DNA of 24,000 bases, taken from Methanobrevibacter curvatus. Lineage in GTDB: Archaea > Methanobacteriota > Methanobacteria > Methanobacteriales > Methanobacteriaceae. A model generated the notes under the pieces. That model searched no databases and was not told the DNA's origin. It saw only the letters and a list, made by a program, of their open reading frames with translations. This document shows positions 8,152-16,432 of the stretch, one piece after another (position 1 is the stretch's first letter; each line of letters opens with the position of its first letter). The translations under genes and the position numbers were made by a program. The stretch is taken from positions 28,311 through 52,310 of the forward strand of contig NZ_LWMV01000181.1 in the NCBI RefSeq assembly GCF_001639295.1, given 5' to 3'.

Positions 8152-9003
8152 ATGGTAAAAGAAATTGAATTATTCACTTCATCAGCAAATCCTCATTGTT
8201 TAATGGCAGTTAAATTAATGGCAGATTTAAAAGGAGAATTAAAAGATGAAATTAATATAAAAATAATTGATGTTATTAAAAACAATAAAAAAGCCATAGA
8301 ATATGCAATTAACTCTATTCCTGCAATAGTTATTGATGGAGAAGTTGAATTTCAGTCAACACCAAATTATAGCGAGTTAATGAAAAAAATAAATACTAAA
8401 AGCAATCAAATTAGTGCAAATGGTAATAATGATAATGATAATAAGAATAATAAAAAAAATAATAAGGACAATAAAAAAAATAATAAAAAAAACAATGGCA
8501 ATAACAAGAAAAATAGTAAAAAAAATGATAATATGGAAAATAAAGAATTTACTCACTTAACTGAAAACGGAGTTCAAATGGTTGAAGTTGGTGAAAAAAT
8601 TGATCAAAAAAGAATAGCTACAGCAATTGGAAGTATAAAACTTCAAGAAAAAACAATTAAAATGATTAACAATCATGATATTAAAAAAGGAAATGTTTTA
8701 ACTACTGCTCAAATTGCAGCCATTAATTCTGTAAAGAATACATCAAACATCATCCCATTATGCCATTCTTTACAAATTACCGGAATAACAGTTGATTTTA
8801 AGATTAAAAAAGATGAAATTAATTCAATAGTAACAGTAAAAACAATTGGACAAACTGGAGTTGAAATGGAAGCCATTACAGGTGTAAGTGTGGCATTATT
8901 GACAATATGGGATATGGTTAAAGCCATTGAAAAGGACAATGAAGGACAATATCCAAACACTATGATATCTAATATTAAAGTTATAAAAAAAGAAAAAATA
9001 TGA
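8152..9003 (+). CDS. moaC: Fusion protein: degenerate thioredoxin-fold domain (NPHC in place of CPYC), then an Asn/Lys-rich linker, then MoaC (cyclic pyranopterin monophosphate synthase)
   Basis: Residues of about 130-283 (FTHLTENGVQMVEVGEK...TAQIAAINSVKNTSNIIPLCH...GVEMEAITGVSVALLTIWDMVKA) are unmistakably MoaC. Residues 1-80 align by eye to the 6416-6652 redoxin through FTSS, MAV, EY, IPAI and VEF. Residues of about 85-127 are N/K/D low complexity. It is one uninterrupted ORF. Confidence 0.85.
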   Translation: MVKEIELFTSSANPHCLMAVKLMADLKGELKDEINIKIIDVIKNNKKAIEYAINSIPAIVIDGEVEFQSTPNYSELMKKINTKSNQISANGNNDNDNKNNKKNNKDNKKNNKKNNGNNKKNSKKNDNMENKEFTHLTENGVQMVEVGEKIDQKRIATAIGSIKLQEKTIKMINNHDIKKGNVLTTAQIAAINSVKNTSNIIPLCHSLQITGITVDFKIKKDEINSIVTVKTIGQTGVEMEAITGVSVALLTIWDMVKAIEKDNEGQYPNTMISNIKVIKKEKI

Positions 9004-9025
9004 ATATTTAATAAAATTAACTATC

Positions 9026-9072
9026 AATTTAATAATTAATTTAATAATTAATTTAATAATTAATTTATAATT
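9026..9072. repeat. Tandem repeat, 12 bp x4 (AATTTAATAATT), last unit 11 bp
   Basis: Units at 9026-9037, 9038-9049, 9050-9061 and 9062-9072, immediately downstream of the moaC stop. Confidence 0.9.
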
Positions 9073-9325
9073 AAAAAAATTATAGCTAAAAAAATTTAAA
9101 TAAAACAGCAAAAATTAAATAATCAATCGATTAAGCAAAAAAAAAAAAATTAAGAATTTTAAATAAGAAAAAAATTAAAAAAGCTAAAAATATTAGTTTT
9201 CAAATGCTCTTAGATTAAAGTATTAAATAATAAAAACCAAAAAAATGTTATAAACAATAAAACAATCTTTTAAAAAAATAAAAAAAATAAAATAAATAAA
9301 CAAATATAAAAAACGAGATGACTCC

Positions 9326-11398
9326 ATGAAAAACGTTCCAGAAGATATTAAAGAAATAATAAATGATACATATCCTGATATTAAAGAATTAAATCCTGCT
9401 CAACAGAGTGTGATTGATTCAAATTATTTAACAACTGAATCAAATTTTATAATCTCTATTCCAACAGCAAGTGGTAAAACATTACTTGGAGTGATGGCTG
9501 CTTTAAGATCAATACTTGATGGAGGAAAAGTTGTCTATGCAGCACCCTTAATATCTTTACAAAATGAAAAATTAAATGAATTTAAAGTTTTTGAAGAATT
9601 TGACATTAAAGTAGGAAAACATCCAAATTCTGCAGATTTATCAGTTATGGTTTTTGAATCTTTTGATGCTATAACTCGCTATTCATGGGATAACCTTAGA
9701 GAAGTAGATACATTAATAATAGATGAATTTCACATGATCGGAGAATATTCAAGAGGACCTACATTAGAATGTGCAATAACAAGATCTAAAATTATTAATC
9801 CTTCTATGAGGATCATTGCATTATCTGCTACATTAAATAATATTAATGAAATAAAAGCATGGTTAGAATCAAAAGTAGTCACACATGATTATAGGCCTGT
9901 TCCCTTGAAAAAAGAAGTTTTAAATACTGAAATGTTTTCAACAAAAAATAAAAATGATGTTGTAAAAAAAGTTGTTGAAAAAGCTATTTCTGATAGCAGT
10001 CAGGTGCTAAGTTTTGTTTCAACAAGAAGATTTACAGAATCATTATCTTCTTTTGTTAGTGATAAAATAGCTAAAAAAATTCCAAAAGATAAGAAAGAGA
10101 CATTTAATGAGGTTGCAGAAAAAATATTAGATGTTCCTAAGAAAAAAGGATCTCTTCCAACTGAAACATGCATTAAATTAGCTGAATCTGTAAAAAATGG
10201 ATGTGCTTTTCATCATGCAGGGCTATTTTCAGAGCAAAAAGACATTGTTGAAAATGAATTTAGAAATAGAAACATTTTAATGATTTCTGCTACACCAAGT
10301 TTAATGTATGGTGTTAATCTTCCTTCAAAAACTGTGGTTATTAGAGATTACACTCGTTGGACTTCACAAGGATCACAGTTAATACCTGTTTTTGATTATT
10401 TACAAATGTCTGGAAGGGCAGGAAGACCACAATATGATAGTGAAGGAATTTCATACATTATAGCTAAGTCTTTAGATGAAGCATCAGATTTACAAGAGAG
10501 ATATGTTAATGGTGAAGTGGAAGACACAAATTCAAAATTAATAGAAAATAAAGATGCTGTTTATAAGCAAATCATTGGACAAATTGCATCATCACTTGCT
10601 AAAACACCTGAAGATATTGAAGATTTCTTTAAAAAAACTTTTTACGGATATCAAATAACAAACAACCCATCCATGAAATTATTTGCTGATGAAAGTCTTA
10701 AATATGAAATAGAAAATGGTTTAAACTTTTTAATAACAAGTGGATTTATTCAACCTACACCTGAAGGACTAAAAGTAACTAAACTTGGAAATTTAGTTGC
10801 TAAATCTAATTATACTATTGAAACTGCAGTTAAAATCTCACAATATACAAACGATTTAGTGGAATTTAATGAAAATGAGTTGTTATATGAACTATCAAAA
10901 AGTCCTGATTTACCACTAATTACATTTAAAGGAAGAAAATCAAAAGATCCTGTTAGAGACAAACTATCTTCATCTGGAATATTTGCTGTTGATATTGGAA
11001 ATCCAGAAGCAACAACAGTATCATTAATAGAATGGATAGATGAACGTAATGAAGCAGAAATCGAAAATGCTTATAATGTTTACTCTGCATCCACACGACG
11101 CTCTGCATATGAAGCTTCGCTTTTAATTAAATTCTTAAATAAAATATTAGAGATTAAAAACAATTACCATATGTCTAAAGACTTAGATATTCTCTCTGCA
11201 AGACTTTATTATGGGACAAAAGCAGATATTATAGAGTTAGTTTTATCTGTAAAACGTTTAGGTCGAAAAAGAGCAAGATTAGTCACAACAGCATTTGGAA
11301 AAGATTTAAATGAAGTTTCACAAAGTCAATTTGAAAAAATAGAAGGTGTTGGATCTAAATTAGCCAAAAGACTCTATGAATATGGGCAAAATAAATAA
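9326..11398 (+). CDS. hel308: Ski2-like superfamily-2 DNA helicase, Hel308/HelQ type
   Basis: 690 aa. Motifs seen: Q motif region LNPAQ, motif I PTASGKT, motif II DEFH, motif III SAT, and motif VI QMSGRAGRP. There is a C-terminal helix-hairpin-helix-like IEGVGSKLAKRL. Length and position after moaC match my recollection of M. thermautotrophicus Hel308 (MTH810). Confidence 0.8.
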   Translation: MKNVPEDIKEIINDTYPDIKELNPAQQSVIDSNYLTTESNFIISIPTASGKTLLGVMAALRSILDGGKVVYAAPLISLQNEKLNEFKVFEEFDIKVGKHPNSADLSVMVFESFDAITRYSWDNLREVDTLIIDEFHMIGEYSRGPTLECAITRSKIINPSMRIIALSATLNNINEIKAWLESKVVTHDYRPVPLKKEVLNTEMFSTKNKNDVVKKVVEKAISDSSQVLSFVSTRRFTESLSSFVSDKIAKKIPKDKKETFNEVAEKILDVPKKKGSLPTETCIKLAESVKNGCAFHHAGLFSEQKDIVENEFRNRNILMISATPSLMYGVNLPSKTVVIRDYTRWTSQGSQLIPVFDYLQMSGRAGRPQYDSEGISYIIAKSLDEASDLQERYVNGEVEDTNSKLIENKDAVYKQIIGQIASSLAKTPEDIEDFFKKTFYGYQITNNPSMKLFADESLKYEIENGLNFLITSGFIQPTPEGLKVTKLGNLVAKSNYTIETAVKISQYTNDLVEFNENELLYELSKSPDLPLITFKGRKSKDPVRDKLSSSGIFAVDIGNPEATTVSLIEWIDERNEAEIENAYNVYSASTRRSAYEASLLIKFLNKILEIKNNYHMSKDLDILSARLYYGTKADIIELVLSVKRLGRKRARLVTTAFGKDLNEVSQSQFEKIEGVGSKLAKRLYEYGQNK

Positions 11399-11536
11399 AG
11401 AAATAAAAAAGTAAAAAAAGTAAATAAATAGAAAAATAGAAAAATAAAAAAATATTGAAAAATAAAAAAATTGATTAGAGAAATAAAAAATATGAAAAAA
11501 ATAGAAAAGATAAAAAAAATAAAAAGAAGTATCTGA

Positions 11537-11941
11537 TTAACCTCCTCCCTCACCAGCATTAGATGCTAATTCAGTGGAATCCTGATCTTTCATCTGTTGT
11601 TTTAACTCTTCAACCATATCAGTTTTATAATCATCTTCATCTTTTTCATCATCTTTTTTATTGTCGTTATTATTCTCTATTTGAGATTGTTCAAATTTAG
11701 AAAGATTAGCATCTTCAACAGATATGAGTTCTAAAACATTGGATAAATACCAAAGTTCAGTTTTATCAACATGTACCCATGTTAAATCAGAACCTTCTAA
11801 ATTTCTTGAATTTTTATTATCATTTCCTTTTAAAGAAGGATTTTGGGAAATTTCAACTATTTTACCAGTAGTCCCTGTATTATCATAACGAACATAATCT
11901 CCTTCTTTAATAATTTTTCCTCGCCTATCAACAAATTTCAT
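11537..11941 (-). CDS. Conserved archaeal protein of unknown function (possibly DUF2098-like small beta domain) with an acidic/Asn-rich C-terminal tail
   Basis: 134 aa. The N-terminal part GKIIKEGDYVRYDNTGTTGKIVEI...TWVHVDKTELWYLSNVLELI looks like a small SH3/KOW-like beta domain. The tail (NNNDNKKDDEKDEDDYK...GEGGG) is low complexity. The family assignment is from memory only. Confidence 0.45.
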   Translation of the reverse strand: MKFVDRRGKIIKEGDYVRYDNTGTTGKIVEISQNPSLKGNDNKNSRNLEGSDLTWVHVDKTELWYLSNVLELISVEDANLSKFEQSQIENNNDNKKDDEKDEDDYKTDMVEELKQQMKDQDSTELASNAGEGGG

Positions 11942-12029
11942 AAAAACTACTCACTACACAATTTTTAAGGATAACATAATTCATTAAAAAAAATAAAATA
12001 TTCATAAATAAAAAAAATAAAAAAAATAA

Positions 12030-12251
12030 TTATATTGGAAAAAGTAGTTTTAAAAGAATATAATCTCCAATGCTATCTATATCTTCAAAAGATATAGCTA
12101 ATTCATTATGTGCAAGGAGTCCTGCTTTTTGAGAAACAATAAAATGGGTAATTTGACCTGAAATTTCTTCAAATTCAAAATCAGAAACTTTACCAATTAA
12201 ATTTGCTTCATTATCCAAAACTTGCATCCCTAAAACTTGTTTGACATTCAT
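12030..12251 (-). CDS. PRC-barrel domain protein
   Basis: 73 aa. VLGMQVLDNEANLIGKVSDFEFEEISGQITHFIV fits the PRC-barrel pattern (G..V.d..G..iG.v.d...d...g.i). Confidence 0.6.
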   Translation of the reverse strand: MNVKQVLGMQVLDNEANLIGKVSDFEFEEISGQITHFIVSQKAGLLAHNELAISFEDIDSIGDYILLKLLFPI

Positions 12252-12649
12252 TTTAACACCTATCTGATAAAAATAATTTTATATTTTTTTATAGAAAAAA
12301 CTTTTGTTATAAAAAAAATAAAAAGAATAAAAAAAATAAAAAAATCTTAAAAAAAAATAATTTTATTTCTGATATTTAATACTAAAACACATTATTAAAT
12401 TCATTTGAAAAAAAAATATGAAAAAAATATTTGATAAATATAGATAAAAATTTTTAATAAAAATATTTTATAATACTATTATTAACATTTAAAAATATAA
12501 AATTTTCTAAAAAAATTTATTAAATTGGAAAAATAAATATTTAAGTATATAAATTGTTATTGTTTTAAAAAAAATAAAAAAAAATAAAAAAATTAAAAAA
12601 ACAAGTTGAAAAAAAATAAAAATAAAAAAAATAAAAAAAAGAGGATATA

Positions 12650-14416
12650 ATGAAAAAAGCATGTCGAGATATTATTAATGGAATTTTAGATAATAAAATA
12701 AACACTAGGCATGATTTAGAAAATGCAAAGAGAAAAATATGCAAAAAATTTAATCTAAATAAATTCATGACTAATTCTGAGATTTTAGAATATGTTAGTG
12801 AATATGAAAAAGACAAAGTAATAAAAATCTTACAAAAAAAGCCTACACGAACCATATCTGGAGTTGCTATTGTTGCAATAATGTGCCATCCTCACCAATG
12901 CCCTCATGGTAGATGTAGTTATTGTCCTGAAAGTACAGTTGCTCCTCCAAGTTATACTGGAGAAGAACCTGCAGCACTCAGAGCCAGAATGTATGATTTT
13001 GATCCATACACACAAACATACAATCGATTAAAGCAACTATATAGTATAGGGCACCCAATAGATAAAGTAGAATTAATTATAATGGGTGGAACATTCCCAT
13101 CAAGAGATTTATCATATCAAGATTGGTTTATTAGTAGAGCTTTAACTGCAATGAATGATTTATCTGAAGAATTAAAAAATAATAGCATAAAAAACAAAAA
13201 AAAATACAATAACATAAATAGAGGAAATAATGAAAATATAGGGGACATAAAAGATATAAAAAATATAGAAAATATAGGAAATATGGAAGATGGGGAAAAT
13301 AATGAAATTAGCAGTTACGATAAAGTAAAACATTATTATCCTAATGATTATGTGGTTTTAGAAGATGTACAAAGATTAAATGAAAAATCAAAAATTAGAT
13401 GTATTGGAATTACATTTGAAACACGTCCAGATTACTGTAAAATAGAAGACATTGATCGAATGCTCAATTTTGGAGTAACAAGAGTGGAATTAGGTGTTCA
13501 AACAACCTACGATTTTATTTACAGAAAAATCAAAAGAGGTCATAGTGTAGCAGATGTTGTTGAATCAACAAGGCTTTTAAAAGACTGTGGTGAAAAAGTT
13601 GCATATCATTTAATGCCTGGATTGCTTTCAAATATGGATATGGACTTAAGAATATTTAAAAGAGTGTTCAATGACTCTAAATTTAAACCTGACATGTTAA
13701 AAATATATCCTACATTAATAACTAAAGGTAGTGAACTTTATAATGAATATAAACAAGGAAAATACACTCCTTACAGTGATGAAGAAGCAGTTGATTTAAT
13801 AGTTAAAATAAAAAAGATTTTACCAAAATGGGTTAGAACCATGCGAATACAAAGAGATATTCCATCTAATTTAATTGAAGCAGGGGTCAAAAAATCAAAT
13901 CTTGGTGAATTGGTTTACAAAAGATTAGAAGAAGAAAATATAAGTTGTAAATGTATTAGATGTAGAGAAATTGGCCATAAAATGAAAAATCCTAAATTTA
14001 GTGAAAAAATAAATGATTTAAATTTAGATGATTTTAAAATTTTTAAAGAAGAGTATGATGCAAGTGAAGGTAGGGAAATATTTTTATCATATGAAAATAA
14101 AACTGAAGATGTTTTAGCAGGTTTTTTAAGATTAAGAATGCCTAGTGGTAAAGCCCATAGAAAAGAAGTAGACTCTAAAACTGGAATAATTAGAGAGCTT
14201 CATGTTTATGGAAATATGATCCAAATAGGAGATAAAAACCAAAACATTGGTCAGCATTTAGGTTTTGGTGAAAAATTAATTAAAAATGCCGAAGAAATAG
14301 CTATTAAAAATAATAAAGATAAAATAATTATTACTAGTGGAATTGGAGCAAGAAATTATTATAAAAAATTCAAATATGAAAAATTAGGTCCATATATGGC
14401 TAAAAAATTATTATAG
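12650..14416 (+). CDS. elp3: Elp3-type radical-SAM/GNAT tRNA uridine(34) modification enzyme, carrying an internal low-complexity insertion
   Basis: 588 aa. It has the CX4CX2C cluster motif ([10 protein letters not shown]), [25 protein letters not shown] and IYPTL blocks, a Cys-containing zinc region ([12 protein letters not shown]), and a C-terminal GNAT domain (LHVYG...GFGEKLI). An AGAGGA Shine-Dalgarno sequence lies upstream. Confidence 0.85.
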   Translation: MKKACRDIINGILDNKINTRHDLENAKRKICKKFNLNKFMTNSEILEYVSEYEKDKVIKILQKKPTRTISGVAIVAIMCHPHQCPHGRCSYCPESTVAPPSYTGEEPAALRARMYDFDPYTQTYNRLKQLYSIGHPIDKVELIIMGGTFPSRDLSYQDWFISRALTAMNDLSEELKNNSIKNKKKYNNINRGNNENIGDIKDIKNIENIGNMEDGENNEISSYDKVKHYYPNDYVVLEDVQRLNEKSKIRCIGITFETRPDYCKIEDIDRMLNFGVTRVELGVQTTYDFIYRKIKRGHSVADVVESTRLLKDCGEKVAYHLMPGLLSNMDMDLRIFKRVFNDSKFKPDMLKIYPTLITKGSELYNEYKQGKYTPYSDEEAVDLIVKIKKILPKWVRTMRIQRDIPSNLIEAGVKKSNLGELVYKRLEEENISCKCIRCREIGHKMKNPKFSEKINDLNLDDFKIFKEEYDASEGREIFLSYENKTEDVLAGFLRLRMPSGKAHRKEVDSKTGIIRELHVYGNMIQIGDKNQNIGQHLGFGEKLIKNAEEIAIKNNKDKIIITSGIGARNYYKKFKYEKLGPYMAKKLL

Positions 14417-14549
14417 CTAAAAACTTATTAAAAAAGTAATTAAAAAGAATAAAATAGATTAAAAAAATAACTAAAAAGAATAAAATAGGTTAAAAAAAAT
14501 AAAAATTATTAAAAAAAATATGATAGACATAATAAAATGAGGAAATAAA

Positions 14550-15281
14550 ATGAAAAATTTCAAATCAATTGAAGAATTAGGAAAAGTTATTGAAAGCACA
14601 TACTTAAAAAATAATGGAACAATAGAAAACATTGACAAATTAATAAATGATGCCATAGACTATGGTTTTTATAGTGTGGTTGTAAGTCCGTATTATGTAG
14701 AATATGCAAAAAACAAACTTAAAAACAAGAATATAAAAGTAGGTACAGTGATAGGATTTCCTCTAGGTTATAACAAATCTACTGTGAAAGAATTTGAAGC
14801 AAAAAATGCAATTGAAAATGGAGTAGATGAAATAGATGTAGTCTTAAACATTTCAGCAATTAAAACAAAGGATTATGATACAATAAAAGATGAAATTGAA
14901 AAAATAATCAATATTTCAAAAAACAAGAAAGAAAAAGATATTACTGTAAAAACTATTATTGAAACTGGACTTTTAGAAAAAAATGAAATGATTGAAATAT
15001 CACAAATAGCTTCAGAATTAGGTGTTGATTTTATTAAAACTTCAACAGGATTTAACAATGTTCCTGGAGCAAAAGCAACAGACATTAGAAGAATTAGACG
15101 GGTAAATCCAAATATAAAAATCAAAGCATCTGGAGGAATAAATAACTATAAAACAGCATTTAGATTGCTTTCAGCAGGTGCTGATAGATTAGGAACCTCA
15201 TCAGCTGTTGAAATAATTGAAGAATTTAAAAAAATAACTGACAACTACGATGAACATCAAGGAAAGTCTGGATTAATATAA
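14550..15281 (+). CDS. deoC: Deoxyribose-phosphate aldolase (DeoC)
   Basis: 243 aa, with VIGFPLGY, DEIDVVLNI, the Schiff-base lysine context DFIKTSTGF, IKASGGI and RLGTSS. Confidence 0.85.
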   Translation: MKNFKSIEELGKVIESTYLKNNGTIENIDKLINDAIDYGFYSVVVSPYYVEYAKNKLKNKNIKVGTVIGFPLGYNKSTVKEFEAKNAIENGVDEIDVVLNISAIKTKDYDTIKDEIEKIINISKNKKEKDITVKTIIETGLLEKNEMIEISQIASELGVDFIKTSTGFNNVPGAKATDIRRIRRVNPNIKIKASGGINNYKTAFRLLSAGADRLGTSSAVEIIEEFKKITDNYDEHQGKSGLI

Positions 15282-15413
15282 GTAAAAAACAATTAGTGAA
15301 AATAAAAAATCTAAGAAAATAAGAAATCATTAGAAACTAAAACAATACAATAAAAAATTAAAATAAGAAAATAAAATATTTCAATTGAAATTAGTAAAAA
15401 AAGCAATATAAAA

Positions 15414-15486
<73 letters not shown>

Positions 15487-15489
15487 AAA

Positions 15490-15561
15490 TGGACCGGACG
15501 AGATTCGAACTCGTGATCACCGCCATGTCAAGGCGGTATCATACCCCTAGACCACCGGTCC
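15490..15561 (-). tRNA. tRNA-Val (anticodon GAC)
   Basis: The minus strand reads GGACCGGTGGTCTAGGGGTATGATACCGCCTTGACATGGCGGTGATCACGAGTTCGAATCTCGTCCGGTCCA. The acceptor stem is GGACCGG/CCGGTCC, the anticodon stem is CCGCC/GGCGG with loop TTGACAT, and the T arm is ACGAG-TTCGAAT-CTCGT. The D stem has one wobble and one mismatch. CCA is not encoded. Confidence 0.85.
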
Positions 15562-15603
15562 TTTAAACTAAGTTATAGTCTAAAATAATTATGATTTTGT
15601 TAA

Positions 15604-15611
15604 TATATAAA
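15604..15611 (-). promoter_or_regulatory. Candidate archaeal TATA box (TTTATATA) for the tRNA-Val/tRNA-Phe transcript
   Basis: The minus strand reads GAAATA-TTTATATA-TTAAC, 43-50 nt upstream of the tRNA-Val 5' end. It matches the methanogen consensus TTTATATA and has an A-rich BRE-like flank. Confidence 0.45.
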
Positions 15612-15861
15612 TATTTCTATAAGACACTTAAAACAGTAAAATGAATTGATAAAAATAATTTATAAAATTAAATATAAAACTAAATAAGGGCTTAAATTTT
15701 TTTATAAAATAATTCAAAAGCAGTATTTGAAAATTTAAAAATAGTATTGAAAAGAAAATAAAAATTAAATGAATTTAAATAAAATAGATTTAAATTAAAA
15801 AAATTTTAAAAAATAAAAAATTTTAAATGATAAAATCATTTATTCGTTGAAACTGAACTAG

Positions 15862-15867
15862 AAAAAA
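15862..15867 (-). terminator. Oligo-T tract (T6) immediately after the histone stop codon
   Basis: The minus strand reads TAA-G-TTTTTT-CTAG directly after the stop at 15869-15871. Further T runs follow downstream. Confidence 0.4.
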
Positions 15868-15868
15868 C

Positions 15869-16069
15869 TTATTTAATAGCTAATTTAATATCATCAGCTT
15901 TAATAGTTTTTCTACCAGCATGTTTAGCGTAAGTAACAGCAGTTTTTGCTATTTCTTCACCTTTTTCTTCTAAAACAGCAGCTAATTCATATTTAGCATC
16001 ATCACTGATTCTTTGTGCGCCAGCATTTTTTAATATACGACCGACAGGTGCAATTGGTAATTCACTCAT
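15869..16069 (-). CDS. Archaeal histone (HMf/HMt family)
   Basis: 66 aa. [35 protein letters not shown]...[19 protein letters not shown] is a near-textbook archaeal histone fold. A strong GGAGGTGA Shine-Dalgarno sequence lies at 16074-16081. Confidence 0.92.
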   Translation of the reverse strand: MSELPIAPVGRILKNAGAQRISDDAKYELAAVLEEKGEEIAKTAVTYAKHAGRKTIKADDIKLAIK

Positions 16070-16103
16070 ATTTTCACCTCCAAAATTATATTGTTTTACT
16101 TAA

Positions 16104-16111
16104 TATATAAA
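16104..16111 (-). promoter_or_regulatory. Candidate TATA box (TTTATATA) of the histone gene
   Basis: The minus strand carries TTTATATA 35-42 nt upstream of the ATG. This would give a short leader containing the GGAGGTGA Shine-Dalgarno sequence. It is the same octamer as upstream of the tRNA pair. Confidence 0.5.
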
Positions 16112-16274
16112 GGTTTCTTTTTAAATCTCAAATTTTTAACTAAAAAACCTTATAGAATATAGATAAAATTATATTAAAGACCATAAAAATTTAAATCAAT
16201 TGCCACTTAAAAATAAGAAATAATCTAAATCAATATTAAAAATGAACAGTTTTGAAATAGAGCAAGTTCTCAAT

Positions 16275-16345
16275 AAAAAAAAAAAAAAAAATGAAATGAA
16301 ATGAAATGAAATGAAATGAAATGAAATGAAATGAAATGAAATGAA
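16275..16345. repeat. A16 homopolymer followed by a perfect pentanucleotide microsatellite (ATGAA)x11
   Basis: Counted directly: A run 16275-16290, and 11 uninterrupted ATGAA units at 16291-16345. It lies in the divergent histone/cofH intergenic region. Confidence 0.97.
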
Positions 16346-16432
16346 AATATTAGAAAATAAAAATATTCAAGAAAATGAAATTGTTAAAAAAATTAGTTAA
16401 ATTTAATTATAGTAATGTCATATATTTAACAT

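Noticed and set aside
3015-9072. Possibility that the tandem repeats (3015-3083, 3952-3997, 6128-6250, 9026-9072, 22353-22400) are CRISPR arrays
   Set aside because: The repeat units are directly adjacent with no unique spacers, they are 10-23 bp and AT-only, and no cas genes are present. They are mini- or microsatellites.
8709-9111. Minus-strand ORFs 8709-8960 and 8896-9111
   Set aside because: The first is antisense to the MoaC domain. The second is generated by the 12-bp tandem repeat (LIIKLIIKLIIK) and has no credible start context.
11374-11559. 61-aa minus-strand ORF in the hel308 / 11537-11941 convergent gap
   Set aside because: It is a Phe/Ile-rich translation of poly-A-rich terminator sequence and overlaps both neighbouring genes' ends.
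12565-13015. Minus-strand ORFs 12565-12855 and 12830-13015
   Set aside because: They are antisense to the Elp3 start region and the A-rich leader, and they are low complexity or shadow ORFs.
14471-15124. Minus-strand ORFs 14471-14656 and 14873-15124
   Set aside because: They are antisense to deoC and its upstream region and have no motifs.
15825-15841. AAATGAT-AAA-ATCATTT hairpin downstream of the histone gene as a bacterial-type intrinsic terminator
   Set aside because: The stem is 7 bp of nearly pure A/T and thermodynamically weak. The oligo-T tracts alone explain termination in archaea.
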